Part shown: positions 11,821 to 21,298 of the stretch, in pieces | How positions within the stretch are numbered: position 1 is the stretch's first letter | How the letters are laid out: the number at the start of each line of letters is the position of its first letter | NCBI GenBank assembly: GCA_052034235.1 | Contig: JBPOIT010000002.1 | Location: 5,939 to 69,938, forward strand | Length of the DNA: 64,000 nucleotides | Source of the DNA: Candidatus Levyibacteriota bacterium | GTDB taxonomy: Bacteria; Patescibacteriota; Microgenomatia; Levybacterales; UBA12049 | Direction: 5' to 3' | Notes under the pieces: generated by a model | Told to the model about the DNA's origin: nothing | Databases searched by the model: none | What the model saw: the letters and a program-made list of their open reading frames with translations, nothing else | Program-made: the position numbers and the translations under genes

Positions 11821-13197
11821 ATGATCTCTTTTAGAAACCACCGTTATGATTATGACCTCATCGTCCTTGGAAGCGGTTCAGGGGGAAGTGTTGCAGCTCA
11901 TTACGCCCAATCCCTTGGCAAGAAAGTTGCTATTTTTGAGGCAGAAGAGGTAGGCGGAGAATGTCCTAATTATGCATGTGTCCCGACAAAGGCGATGCTT
12001 CACGCTGGGAGAACGTATGAAACTGTACAAAATGCAAAACTATTTGGCGTCAATGTCTCTGATGTTACATTAAATTATAATGCAGTCAAACGATGGAAAG
12101 ATCTAGTCGTTACAAGAACAGGCACCAATCATGGCAAAGCATCGTTTGAAAGAGACGGTATTCATTTGATTCATGAGAAAGCAGTTTTTACCTCTCCTCA
12201 TGAAATTCAAGCTGGTAGCAAAGTTTATAGCGCCGCAAAATTCCTCATTGCAACTGGTGCCAAAAATTTTGTACCTCCAATTACGGGACTTGAAGAAGCC
12301 GGTTATATCTCTTCAAAGGAAGCCTTAGATCTTGATAGTGTACCTAAGGCAATAATGATTTTTGGTGGAGGAGCAGTTGCGTGTGAATTTGCTGAGATCT
12401 TTGCAAATTTTGGTTCCAAAGTGACAATCGTTATCAGAGGAGATAAGCTGCTGAATAAAGAAGATACTGAAGTTAGTGAACTTATTGAAGCATTGTTTGT
12501 AAACAAAGGAATTAAAGTCCTCAAAGAAATGGCAGTAGTAAAAGTAGAGAAGAAAGATGGGAAAAAAGCAGTTCATTACCACAGCAAAGAGCGCGATTTC
12601 GTTGCTGAATATGATGAGATCCTGATGGCAGCGGGCAAAAGGGGGAATATTGATTTCAATCCCGAAAAAGCAGGTTTGAAAATCGATAAAGGAAGACTTC
12701 TTGTTGATCGTCATTTGTTGACCAACGTTTCTCATATCGCAGCAGCAGGAGATGTTGCAGGTCCATATCTGTTTACACATACAGCATCTTATCAAAGCAA
12801 TATCGCGGGGATTAATTTATTTGCACGTGACAAAGTGAGCGTTGATTATACTGTTGTCCCCAGATGCGTTTTTGTGACACCTGAGGTTGCCTCTGTCGGG
12901 ATAAGTGAAATTGAGGCTAAAGAGAAAGGGATTGCTATCAAAAAAGGCATTATGGCAATTGGTATGCTTGGTCGTGCTAATACCTCCGATGATTTTGATG
13001 GCTTTGTAAAAGTGATTACCGATAAAAAAGATGTTATTATCGGTGCCTCAATTGTTGCACCAAGAGCGGGGGAAATGATTCATGAACTAGCTCTCGCAAT
13101 TCATAGTAAGATAAGAGCACAAACGATTGCGAACATGATTCATGCATACCCCACTTATTCGGAGGGCGTAAAAATCGCCTGCAGCTTCGTTTCCTGA
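11821..13197 (+). CDS. Class I pyridine nucleotide-disulfide oxidoreductase (lipoamide dehydrogenase/glutathione reductase/MerA family)
   Basis: FAD-binding GSGSGG motif, redox-active GGECPNYACVPTK (CxxxxC), C-terminal dimerisation-domain His-Glu dyad HAYPTYSE. No MerA-type C-terminal CC pair. Confidence 0.8.
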   Translation: MISFRNHRYDYDLIVLGSGSGGSVAAHYAQSLGKKVAIFEAEEVGGECPNYACVPTKAMLHAGRTYETVQNAKLFGVNVSDVTLNYNAVKRWKDLVVTRTGTNHGKASFERDGIHLIHEKAVFTSPHEIQAGSKVYSAAKFLIATGAKNFVPPITGLEEAGYISSKEALDLDSVPKAIMIFGGGAVACEFAEIFANFGSKVTIVIRGDKLLNKEDTEVSELIEALFVNKGIKVLKEMAVVKVEKKDGKKAVHYHSKERDFVAEYDEILMAAGKRGNIDFNPEKAGLKIDKGRLLVDRHLLTNVSHIAAAGDVAGPYLFTHTASYQSNIAGINLFARDKVSVDYTVVPRCVFVTPEVASVGISEIEAKEKGIAIKKGIMAIGMLGRANTSDDFDGFVKVITDKKDVIIGASIVAPRAGEMIHELALAIHSKIRAQTIANMIHAYPTYSEGVKIACSFVS

Positions 13198-13210
13198 CCG
13201 TTATAGGCTA

Positions 13211-13238
13211 TTGACAACCTCTTAAAAAAAGTTATAAG
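13211..13238 (+). promoter_or_regulatory. Near-consensus sigma70 promoter TTGACA-16-TATAAG in the intergenic region ~240 nt upstream of dnaG
   Basis: -35 at 13211-13216, -10 at 13233-13238. It would transcribe ~150 nt ending at the 13392-13417 terminator. Confidence 0.4.
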
Positions 13239-13391
13239 CTGGATATGTCTACTAAATGCATTAAGTATACTTACCAATAAAAATGAGATAAATCTAGATA
13301 TCAAATTTTTAAAGGGAAATATATAAAAAGAAATGAAAAAGAATAAGAAGAGTATGTGAAGAGCATATAAACTTATTCCAATTCAACAAAA

Positions 13392-13417
13392 AAGTCTGTC
13401 AAAAGCAGACTTTTTTG
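13392..13417 (+). terminator. Rho-independent terminator (AAGTCTG-TCAAAAG-CAGACTT + T6)
   Basis: 7-bp stem at 13392-13398 and 13406-13412, 7-nt loop, U-tract to 13416. Confidence 0.65.
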
Positions 13418-13442
13418 ATATCTGACCCCTACATGCTACAAT
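13415..13442 (+). promoter_or_regulatory. sigma70 promoter TTGATA-16-TGcTACAAT (extended -10) for dnaG; predicts leaderless ATG at 13451
   Basis: -10 at 13437-13442 with upstream TG; the ATG follows 8 nt later; no SD. Confidence 0.5.
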
Positions 13443-13450
13443 AGCCACGT

Positions 13451-15214
13451 ATGGACCAAGTTGCCCAAATCCGCGAAAAAATAGATATTGTTGCGCTTAT
13501 CTCTGAATTCGTACCTCTTAAAAAAGCAGGGAGAAATTTCAAAGCCAATTGTCCTTTCCATTCTGAAAAAACACCTTCGTTTATGGTTTCCCCTGATAGG
13601 CAGACATGGCATTGTTTTGGCTCATGTAATAAAGGAGGAGATGTTTATTCCTTTGTTATGGAATATGAACGCCTTGAATTTCCTGAAGCCCTCAGAATGC
13701 TTGCAAAGCGTGCAGGAATAGAACTCGTCACACAACATGTTTCAAGTGGCCTTTCTTCAAAAAAGGAACGGATGTACCAGATCAACACGTTTACGAAAGA
13801 ATATTATCATTATGTACTTACCAAGCACAAAGCAGGAGACCGAGCGCTGCTCTATTTAAAAGACAGGGGAGTTTCTGAAAAAGTAATTGAAACATTTCAG
13901 ATTGGCTTTGCGCCAACGGGGAATAGTCTCTCAAAGTATCTCCTGAACAAAAAACAATTTACTAAAGAAGAATTGGTAGAAGCAGGTGTTGCATTTCAAG
14001 CTGGTCGTGACACCGTTGATTTTTTCCGTGACCGATTGATGTTTCCGCTTATTGATCATAGAGACAATGTGGTGGGTTTTGCAGGCAGAATTTTGGATAA
14101 AAATGCTAATGTCGCCAAGTACGTAAATACACGTGATACGCTGGTTTATCATAAAGGAGAACATCTGTTTGGTATAAATGTCACCAAAGAGGCTATGAGG
14201 CGTGAGAATCATGCTATTTTAGTTGAAGGAGAGTTTGATGTTATTTCATGTTTCCAACATGGCATTGGCAATGTTCTGGCAGTCAAGGGAACGGCACTGA
14301 CCGAACAACAAGTAAATCTTATCGGCAGATTTGCGGAGAAGCTGACTTTCTGTTTTGACGGTGATAAAGCAGGGCAGGAAGCAATCAAACGAAGTTTGGT
14401 TCTTGTTGAAAAAAAAGGATTGACTCCGACGGTTATTAAAATCCCTGGCGGCAAAGATCCTGATGAAGCACTGCAAAAAGAACCAGGACTTTTCAAAAAA
14501 GCTGTCAAAGAGGATTTTGGGGTTTATGATTATTTATTGGAACAAACACTAGAGAGCGCTGATACAAAAACAGCTGAAGGGAAGAAGGAGGTTTCTGAAA
14601 CAGTATTGCCATTTATTGCAGAAATAAAAAACGAGATTATTAAAGAACATTATCTTCGAAAATTAAGCACAGAACTCGGCACATCGTATGAAAGTATTAT
14701 AAGAGAACTAGACCGTCTAAAAACAAAAGAAGTACAAAAAACAGTCGTGCAAGTACTTCCCAAAATAAAACGTCCACAAGAAGAAATTAAAGAAGAATAT
14801 CTTCTTTCAATGATACTGCAGGGAAAACATCCGAAGGAATTGCTTGAAAAAGCGATAGCGATTTTATCAGATATGCTTTCCCATGATAGAGCACCACAAA
14901 AAGTTATGTATTTCTTGTTTAAGTATGTTGAAAGTGCTGAGGTATTTGATGGCAAAAAATTTGGTGATAGCCTGCCGCAAGAACTGATTGCAACGTATGA
15001 CAGAAGTTTATTGTATCCATTGCCTGAACTTTCAGATACGCAGGAGCTCCTTGAAGTAGAGAAGCTAGCAGTACAACTAAGAGAATTATACGTAAGACAA
15101 AAGATAAAACAAAAATCTGCTGAGAAAAAAGAGAAAGAACTTGCCGGTAACGACGAGGAAGCAATGCAATTAGCGCAAGAAATCTCAAATCTGTCAATTT
15201 TATTAAAAAGGTAG
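13451..15214 (+). CDS. dnaG: DNA primase
   Basis: N-terminal zinc ribbon CPFHSEKTPSF...C..C and Toprim EGEFDVIS; sits in the classic dnaG-rpoD arrangement. Confidence 0.9.
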   Translation: MDQVAQIREKIDIVALISEFVPLKKAGRNFKANCPFHSEKTPSFMVSPDRQTWHCFGSCNKGGDVYSFVMEYERLEFPEALRMLAKRAGIELVTQHVSSGLSSKKERMYQINTFTKEYYHYVLTKHKAGDRALLYLKDRGVSEKVIETFQIGFAPTGNSLSKYLLNKKQFTKEELVEAGVAFQAGRDTVDFFRDRLMFPLIDHRDNVVGFAGRILDKNANVAKYVNTRDTLVYHKGEHLFGINVTKEAMRRENHAILVEGEFDVISCFQHGIGNVLAVKGTALTEQQVNLIGRFAEKLTFCFDGDKAGQEAIKRSLVLVEKKGLTPTVIKIPGGKDPDEALQKEPGLFKKAVKEDFGVYDYLLEQTLESADTKTAEGKKEVSETVLPFIAEIKNEIIKEHYLRKLSTELGTSYESIIRELDRLKTKEVQKTVVQVLPKIKRPQEEIKEEYLLSMILQGKHPKELLEKAIAILSDMLSHDRAPQKVMYFLFKYVESAEVFDGKKFGDSLPQELIATYDRSLLYPLPELSDTQELLEVEKLAVQLRELYVRQKIKQKSAEKKEKELAGNDEEAMQLAQEISNLSILLKR

Positions 15215-15230
15215 TACTTTACCCTAGAGC

Positions 15231-15259
15231 TTGCATCATTTGAACCTGGGTGGTACAAT
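15231..15259 (+). promoter_or_regulatory. sigma70 promoter TTGCAT-17-TACAAT for rpoD (ATG 12 nt after -10)
   Basis: -35 at 15231-15236, 17-nt spacer, -10 at 15254-15259, ATG at 15272. Confidence 0.55.
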
Positions 15260-15271
15260 AGGGAAATCGCG

Positions 15272-16354
15272 ATGTCCCAGAAGTTACCTACAATCCTATC
15301 CGATGTGGCTGTATCGGCTAAAAAGCGTGGATACATCACACAGGATGAAATTCTTGGCATATACGCCAAACCTGAAGAACACATAGAAGAGCTTGACGCA
15401 TTCTATGATAAACTCATGCGTTCAAACATTGATGTGTTTGAATCAGTAGCCCAGCAACAGGACGTCCAAAAGCCTATTGAGGACCTCGAAAAAGAACTTG
15501 AAGCACTCACTGTTTTAACTGAAGGTTCAGTCTCAGATCCAGTCCGCATGTACCTCAAAGAAATAGGAAGAATCCCACTGCTTACCTTCGAAGAAGAAAT
15601 CGAACTGGCAAAGCTTGTCGAAAAAGAAGATGTGGCTGCTAAGAAGAAACTTATTAACTCAAATCTCCGTCTCGTTGTTTCGATTGCCAAAAAATACATC
15701 GGCCGAGGTTTGTCACTCCTTGACTTGATCCAAGAAGGAAACCAAGGACTTATCCGTGCGGTTGAAAAATATGATTGGAGACGCGGTTTTAAATTCTCAA
15801 CATACGCAACCTGGTGGATTCGTCAATCAGTTACTCGTGCTATCGCTGATCAAGCAAGAACCATCCGTATTCCAGTTCATATGGTTGAGAATATTAATAG
15901 ATTCCTCCGTTCACAAAGAAAGCTTATGCAGGAACTTGGTCGTGAGCCAACCCCTGAAGAAGTTGCAAAAGTCCTTGGTATTGAACCTGATAAAGCCCTT
16001 GAGATTATTAAAATCTCACAAAATCCTGCATCACTTGAAGCACCTGTTGGTGATGAAGAAGACAGCAGACTTGGGGACTTTATCCATGATACATCAGCAC
16101 CAACACTCTTTGATTCAGCATCACGTGAACTGCTTAAAGAGCAAGTAGAACAGGTCTTGGGAACATTGTCAGATAGAGAGCGAAGAGTATTAAAAGAACG
16201 ATTTGGTCTTGATGATGGACGTCCAAAGACACTTGAGGAAGTAGGACGTATGTTTGCAGTTACTCGTGAGCGTATTAGACAAATTGAAGCCAAAGCACTT
16301 CGTAAACTCCGCCATCCTTCACGAGGTAACAAACTCCGCGATTATCTTGTTTAA
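15272..16354 (+). CDS. rpoD: RNA polymerase primary sigma factor (sigma-70 family)
   Basis: Region 2 [18 protein letters not shown] and YATWWIRQS, region 4 HTH; 360 aa. Confidence 0.92.
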   Translation: MSQKLPTILSDVAVSAKKRGYITQDEILGIYAKPEEHIEELDAFYDKLMRSNIDVFESVAQQQDVQKPIEDLEKELEALTVLTEGSVSDPVRMYLKEIGRIPLLTFEEEIELAKLVEKEDVAAKKKLINSNLRLVVSIAKKYIGRGLSLLDLIQEGNQGLIRAVEKYDWRRGFKFSTYATWWIRQSVTRAIADQARTIRIPVHMVENINRFLRSQRKLMQELGREPTPEEVAKVLGIEPDKALEIIKISQNPASLEAPVGDEEDSRLGDFIHDTSAPTLFDSASRELLKEQVEQVLGTLSDRERRVLKERFGLDDGRPKTLEEVGRMFAVTRERIRQIEAKALRKLRHPSRGNKLRDYLV

Positions 16355-18120
16355 TCACCAGAATAGGGAAGTGAAAAGAAAAAGTCTGATCCTTTATTTT
16401 GCTTTGATTCAACCCATAATCTTCCTTTATGGTTACGTATTATCTCAGCACAAATATAGAGTCCCAATCCAAATCCTACCATAGATTTTTGGTGGAATTT
16501 GTTACTCCTATAAAAGCGCTCAAAGATTTTCTCCTGATCCTTTTTTGCAATACCTATACCGGAATCTTTGACCCGGATAATGACTTCTTTTTCTGATTCT
16601 TCAATAAAAATATATACATGCTTGGCATGTGGGGAGTATTTAACCGCATTAGAAATAAGGTTGACAAGCACTTGATAGATTCTGTCTATATCAAAGTTCA
16701 GTTTTCTTTTTGTGCCGCCGACAATTACCAATTTATGAGTATCGATTCCATATTGCATATCTTTTACAGTTTTTTGTACGAGGCTCTCAAGAGAGTGTTC
16801 TTTTTTGGATAAGGTAAACATACCATTTTCAATCCTGCTTACATTCAATAAATCTTCAATCAATACTTTCATCTTTCCTAATTGTTCATTAATTGAATGA
16901 ATAATATACAAGTTTTGTTGATCGCCTTTTTTAATAATATCCTTTTCAAGTAATTGACTGAATGCAATGACTGAGGTGAGGGGAGTTTTTAGTTCATGAC
17001 TTGCGATACTTATAAATTCATTTTTACTTTTCTCAACAGCTTTTTCGTGGCTGTTATCACGAAAAATAATAGTGACACCGATGACATTTCCATTTTGCAG
17101 CATGGGGCTTATTGTGCATTCCGCTGAAAAGGTTTTGCGGAATTTTGACTTCATAAAAAAGTCATGAGCTTTAATATGTTTTCCTGTAGTGAGAACATAT
17201 GATATAGAATTTTTTCCATGCTTTGCAGTGGAGTTATAAGTAGCGCTTTTAAGCGTTAAGACATCTTCAAATGTTTTTTCGTACACTTTTTCATTTCGCA
17301 AACCCAGCAGGTCTCTTGCAACATCGTTGATAAGTACTATTTTTCGTTGAGTATTTATTATGACAACTCCATTACCAATACTAGAAATAACGTTTAGTGT
17401 TGATAATTCAAATAATCCATATTTATATATCGCGTACGTTGTAATCATCGCAGTAATTGTCGTGAGTGGTATCGCGACGGGAAATACTGAAATATGAAGT
17501 GCAGGTAATATGCCGTTTGTAATTGTCCCAAATATGATAGGAATCGCGATAGCGATTATTAAAAGAATTGACTGTTTTTTTCTCAATCCGTCGAACGTTT
17601 TTTTTGACATCTGCCATATGATAAAAATTGAGTAAAAAGAAATCAGTTCAAACCAAATTACCATAATTGGGAAAAGTGAACCTGTTGGAACTGCGTTTCC
17701 CCAGGTGGTTTTAATAATTTCGGAATAATTACGAGACTCAATAAGATTCGTATTCCATGCGAAGTAAAGAAATATAATAGACGGCGTATAGACACCAAGA
17801 ATATAAGCAAGGCTTTTAGCAGTTGTTAAACTACCTGTATAAGCAAGTGCAAAAAGTGACATTGCTACTGGAATGAAAACATAACCAATGGCAGATATTT
17901 TATCGATAGCTATAAAAAGATTTTCGTTGAATTCATACGTGATAAGAAGTAATTGAGGAATTGACCAAAAGTTAATGAGGAGAAGCAGAACAACGAACGT
18001 GCTTAAAATAGGGGAATTCACTGTTCGTTTCAGCAATATTACTATTAGAATACTGTTCCCACTCGAGGCTAGCAGGAGCAAGAGAAAATACAATTCCTGC
18101 ATAAAAAAACCCTTACACAT
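16351..18120 (-). CDS. Sensor histidine kinase with large multi-TM N-terminal domain, PAS, HisKA and HATPase_c
   Basis: H-box [13 protein letters not shown] boxes ([22 protein letters not shown]), about 8 N-terminal TM helices. No response regulator gene adjacent. Confidence 0.8.
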   Translation of the reverse strand: MCKGFFMQELYFLLLLLASSGNSILIVILLKRTVNSPILSTFVVLLLLINFWSIPQLLLITYEFNENLFIAIDKISAIGYVFIPVAMSLFALAYTGSLTTAKSLAYILGVYTPSIIFLYFAWNTNLIESRNYSEIIKTTWGNAVPTGSLFPIMVIWFELISFYSIFIIWQMSKKTFDGLRKKQSILLIIAIAIPIIFGTITNGILPALHISVFPVAIPLTTITAMITTYAIYKYGLFELSTLNVISSIGNGVVIINTQRKIVLINDVARDLLGLRNEKVYEKTFEDVLTLKSATYNSTAKHGKNSISYVLTTGKHIKAHDFFMKSKFRKTFSAECTISPMLQNGNVIGVTIIFRDNSHEKAVEKSKNEFISIASHELKTPLTSVIAFSQLLEKDIIKKGDQQNLYIIHSINEQLGKMKVLIEDLLNVSRIENGMFTLSKKEHSLESLVQKTVKDMQYGIDTHKLVIVGGTKRKLNFDIDRIYQVLVNLISNAVKYSPHAKHVYIFIEESEKEVIIRVKDSGIGIAKKDQEKIFERFYRSNKFHQKSMVGFGLGLYICAEIIRNHKGRLWVESKQNKGSDFFFSLPYSGD

Positions 18121-18209
18121 ATTGTACCATCAATTATGACGAAGGTAATTGATCTATCTCACGAGGGACTGGAATTTATGACGCTATTTGCTTATGATTA
18201 GAAGACCAC

Positions 18210-19712
18210 ATGTCTAAACGATTTAAGCATTTTCTTAAGAATTACATACTCCTTTTTGTTATTTTCCTGACAGGCGCTGCAGTTCTCATTATTGAGGTCA
18301 CTGCGACGAGAATTCTTTCTGTCTATTTTGGTAATACAATTTTTACTGTTTCAAGTGTGCTTAGTGTTATTTTACTTGCCTTGAGTTTGGGATATTATCT
18401 CGGAGGCAGACTCGCTGACAAGCGTCCCTCAGAACTGTTATTTTTTCAGCTTATTGCAGTAAGCGGTTTAAGTGTCTTTTTGCTCCAATTTCTGAATAGT
18501 ATGTTTATTCCAATGCTTAGCAAAACACTGGACATGCAGTATGGGCCAATTTTTGTCTCACTCATTCTTTTTTTACTTCCGGGCTTTCTTTTAGGTCTGT
18601 TATCTCCACTCGTTGCCAAACTCCAAACTATTCGCATGGGTGCTGATGAAGTTGGAAGGATTACTGGTGATGTGTTTTTCTGGTCAACACTTGGAAGTAT
18701 TATTGGAAGTTTGGCAACAGGTTTTGTGCTTATTCCACTTTTTGGAGTGACTGAAATTATCCTTGGGACTGGCGTGTTACTTCTGATCATCGGTTGTCTC
18801 GGTATGATACAAATCCAAAAGAATCGATTAGCAACAATCAAACTTCTCACATTGTTTATCACCATCTCTTTTATACAAATCTGTTTGAGTTTTTTGGCCG
18901 ATAAACAACTGAGAGAGAATGTGGTTTATGCAAACGACGGTTTATATGACAATATTGTCATTTTTGATGGGATGCTGGAGAATCGTCCGACACGATTTTT
19001 GCAGCAATCAACTGATGCCTCAAGTGCTATGTACAAAGACTCAACAGAGTTGGTATATGACTATACAAAGTATTACCGATTATATTCGCTGACAAAGCCT
19101 GATATCACTCGAGCAATGGTAATCGGCGGAGGAGCATATTCAATTCCGAAAGACCTGTTACTGACTGATAATGATGTTATCGTTGATGTTGCAGAAATTG
19201 AACCTGAAATGTATGAGCTTGCAAAGGATTATTTTAGCGTTCCGAATGATAACAGGCTCGTAAATTACGTAGGGGATGGGAGAAGATTTTTGCAGGAAAC
19301 TGATCAGTCTTATGATCTAATTTTTGGTGATGCATATCATACATCAATCCCGTCTCATTTAACGACACAGGAGTTCCTTCGTCTAACCAAATCAAAACTC
19401 ACCAAAGACGGCGTATTTATTATGAATGCTATCGGAAGGCTACGGGCAGAAAAACCTTCATATTTGCTATCTCAGATAAAAACATTTATATCAGTTTATC
19501 CAAATACAATGATTTTTGCAGTTCATGACAAAGCATATACGGGGCCACAGAATATCATTCTTGCTGGTTTTAATACAGAAAAACCAATTAATCCAGGCAC
19601 GTTTGCTGATAAAATAATTAAAATAGGGGAGTTCGATTTGGAATCACATGCACTCTTCACAGACAACTATGCACCAGTGGAATACTTTAACGTCGTCAAT
19701 AAGCTCCGTTAA
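18210..19712 (+). CDS. Membrane-anchored spermidine/spermine synthase-like aminopropyltransferase (N-terminal multi-TM fusion)
   Basis: About 6 N-terminal TM helices, then a class I MTase/spermidine synthase core (MVIGGGAYS, GDGRRFL, YDLIFGDAY). Confidence 0.65.
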   Translation: MSKRFKHFLKNYILLFVIFLTGAAVLIIEVTATRILSVYFGNTIFTVSSVLSVILLALSLGYYLGGRLADKRPSELLFFQLIAVSGLSVFLLQFLNSMFIPMLSKTLDMQYGPIFVSLILFLLPGFLLGLLSPLVAKLQTIRMGADEVGRITGDVFFWSTLGSIIGSLATGFVLIPLFGVTEIILGTGVLLLIIGCLGMIQIQKNRLATIKLLTLFITISFIQICLSFLADKQLRENVVYANDGLYDNIVIFDGMLENRPTRFLQQSTDASSAMYKDSTELVYDYTKYYRLYSLTKPDITRAMVIGGGAYSIPKDLLLTDNDVIVDVAEIEPEMYELAKDYFSVPNDNRLVNYVGDGRRFLQETDQSYDLIFGDAYHTSIPSHLTTQEFLRLTKSKLTKDGVFIMNAIGRLRAEKPSYLLSQIKTFISVYPNTMIFAVHDKAYTGPQNIILAGFNTEKPINPGTFADKIIKIGEFDLESHALFTDNYAPVEYFNVVNKLR

Positions 19713-19749
19713 AAAAATCGGACCTGCCGTGAAGTGTTCGGTAGGTCCG
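19711..19749 (-). terminator. Hairpin terminator between convergent genes (CGGACCTGCCG-N9-CGGTAGGTCCG with A/T tract)
   Basis: 11-bp stem (one G-U) at 19719-19729 and 19739-19749; the A7 run at 19711-19717 gives a U-tract on the minus strand. Confidence 0.5.
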
Positions 19750-19794
19750 TAAGGGTATTATATCACTTAAGAACAAGTACATATTTTAATAGTT

Positions 19795-20451
19795 TTAACT
19801 AGGTATGGGGAACTTCTCCTTAGTTATATTAATGATCTTCTTAGTCAAACGATTAGCTGCTTGGCGTCGCGTTAAAGCGGATAACATCTCCTCTGCAGGA
19901 ACAATTGAAGGTTCATGAGTTTTGTGCTTATCTCCGGTGGTAAGAAAAAATGCTGTCCTATCTGTTGACGGATAAATCCGAAAGGAGAGGTAATCATCAT
20001 GTGCATTATTAAACTCTTCAGGTAATACTCCTGCTAATATAGGGAGTCCGCTGGCTCTCCTGTATGATTTATCAATTCCGGTATGAGGGTGCATTTGCGG
20101 GATATAGATACCACCAATTAAACCAGGCCCGTCATTGAAATCACCACGAGCTGCTGCTATAACAAGCTTGTGAGGATCTGTCGCTTGTTTATCACGATCT
20201 TTTTGCAGGCTTAGAAACACAATATTTCCTTCTATTATTGTGAATGTTTTCTGTATACCTACGACACCTGTGTCTGATGGACGTATATAGACTTGTATTT
20301 CAGCGCCTACAAGACGCTCTCTTTGTTTTTTGGTAAGTGTTGTTTGGCGGGAATCAATTAATTCTGCGTAAATAGCTTCGATTCCACCTTCAAAACCATG
20401 ACCAGAAGCTCTTTGAGGTTTTCTAAGTCCAAGCTCTGCGAGTACATTCAT
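19795..20451 (-). CDS. Hypothetical protein (218 aa), no recognised domain
   Basis: ORF with reasonable codon usage; no motif recognisable by eye. Ends 77 nt before tRNA-Asn. Confidence 0.35.
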   Translation of the reverse strand: MNVLAELGLRKPQRASGHGFEGGIEAIYAELIDSRQTTLTKKQRERLVGAEIQVYIRPSDTGVVGIQKTFTIIEGNIVFLSLQKDRDKQATDPHKLVIAAARGDFNDGPGLIGGIYIPQMHPHTGIDKSYRRASGLPILAGVLPEEFNNAHDDYLSFRIYPSTDRTAFFLTTGDKHKTHEPSIVPAEEMLSALTRRQAANRLTKKIINITKEKFPIPS

Positions 20452-20528
20452 AGAGCGGAATTATAGCATAAATAATTGCTCTGGATTTCTGATACGGTTG
20501 ATGGTAAAATAACGTTTACCGTTAATAT

Positions 20529-20600
20529 TCCGCGATAGCTCAGCGGTAGAGCAGGAAGCTGTTAACTTCAAGGTCCTAGGTTCGAATCCTAGTCGCGGAG
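20529..20600 (+). tRNA. tRNA-Asn (anticodon GTT)
   Basis: Cloverleaf folded by hand: acceptor TCCGCGA/TCGCGGA, D-arm GCTC/GAGC, anticodon loop CT-GTT-AA, T-arm CTAGG-TTCGAAT-CCTAG, discriminator G. Confidence 0.85.
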
Positions 20601-20607
20601 CATGATA

Positions 20608-20631
20608 AAGAGCCGAAAGGCTCTTTTTTTG
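20608..20631 (+). terminator. Rho-independent terminator after tRNA-Asn (AAGAGCC-GAAA-GGCTCTT + T7)
   Basis: 7-bp GC-rich stem with GAAA tetraloop, followed by TTTTTTT. Confidence 0.8.
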
Positions 20632-20769
20632 TGGCATGTAACAAAGGAAGTGCGAAGAAATAATATTTATTAAAATTTGTTACATTTCTCTTGCTAAAAA
20701 GATATTGTGATTGCAGTTGGTAGTTGGCATAATAGTAAAAATTGTATTAGAAAAGGGGGTGAATGAATT

Positions 20770-21150
20770 ATGGCGAAATACGTAGACGGATTTGTCCTTG
20801 TCGTTCCAAAAGACAAAACTGAAGAATACAAAAAAATGGCAGAAGGCGGTCGTGATACTTGGATGAAGCATGGTGCTTTGGAATATTATGAAAACCGAGG
20901 TGATGATCTTGCTCCACAGGAAATGGGTGATGAAAAAGGCCGTGCATTTCCAGAAATGGCTGCAGCAAAAAGTGATGAGACAGTTTGGTTTTCTTTTATA
21001 ATTTTTAAATCAAAAGAACATCGAGACGAAGTCAATGCTAAGGTGATGGAAGAATTTGGTAAACAGGCTGAAGAAGGTAAAGATATGCCGATGCCTTTTG
21101 ATATGAAGCGAATGGCATATGGTGGTTTCCAAGTAGAAGTAGAAGGCTAA
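20770..21150 (+). CDS. DUF1428 (YbaA-like) family protein
   Basis: MAKYVDGFVLVVPKD N-terminus and ~125-aa length typical of DUF1428; strong SD AAGGGGGTG upstream. Confidence 0.55.
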   Translation: MAKYVDGFVLVVPKDKTEEYKKMAEGGRDTWMKHGALEYYENRGDDLAPQEMGDEKGRAFPEMAAAKSDETVWFSFIIFKSKEHRDEVNAKVMEEFGKQAEEGKDMPMPFDMKRMAYGGFQVEVEG

Positions 21151-21171
21151 ATAATTTATAAAAATCACAAG

Positions 21172-21200
21172 ATCGCTCTCATTGTTGAGAGCGATTTTGA
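21172..21200 (+). terminator. Probable terminator (ATCGCTCTC-ATTGTT-GAGAGCGAT + TTTTGA)
   Basis: Perfect 9-bp inverted repeat with a short U-tract, 22 nt after the stop. Confidence 0.55.
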
Positions 21201-21298
21201 TGAATTGAATAGTGAAAATGACGCTCTGACTTCGTCCATTAAGCAGGGCAAAATAAAAGCTCTTTATCAAATTACTTTAATTTGATATCATATGACAT

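Noticed and set aside
12303-12795. Minus-strand ORFs inside the FAD disulfide reductase gene
   Set aside because: Antisense to a gene with clear FAD/NAD and CxxxxC motifs.
14650-15384. 244-aa minus-strand ORF spanning dnaG 3' end and rpoD 5' end
   Set aside because: Ser/Cys/Phe-rich low-complexity antisense translation that crosses a promoter region; dnaG and rpoD calls are secure.
19795-20451. Considered whether the ORF next to tRNA-Asn is an integrase/recombinase remnant marking an island boundary
   Set aside because: No tyrosine-recombinase (R..H..R..Y) or serine-recombinase motifs and wrong size; kept as hypothetical protein.
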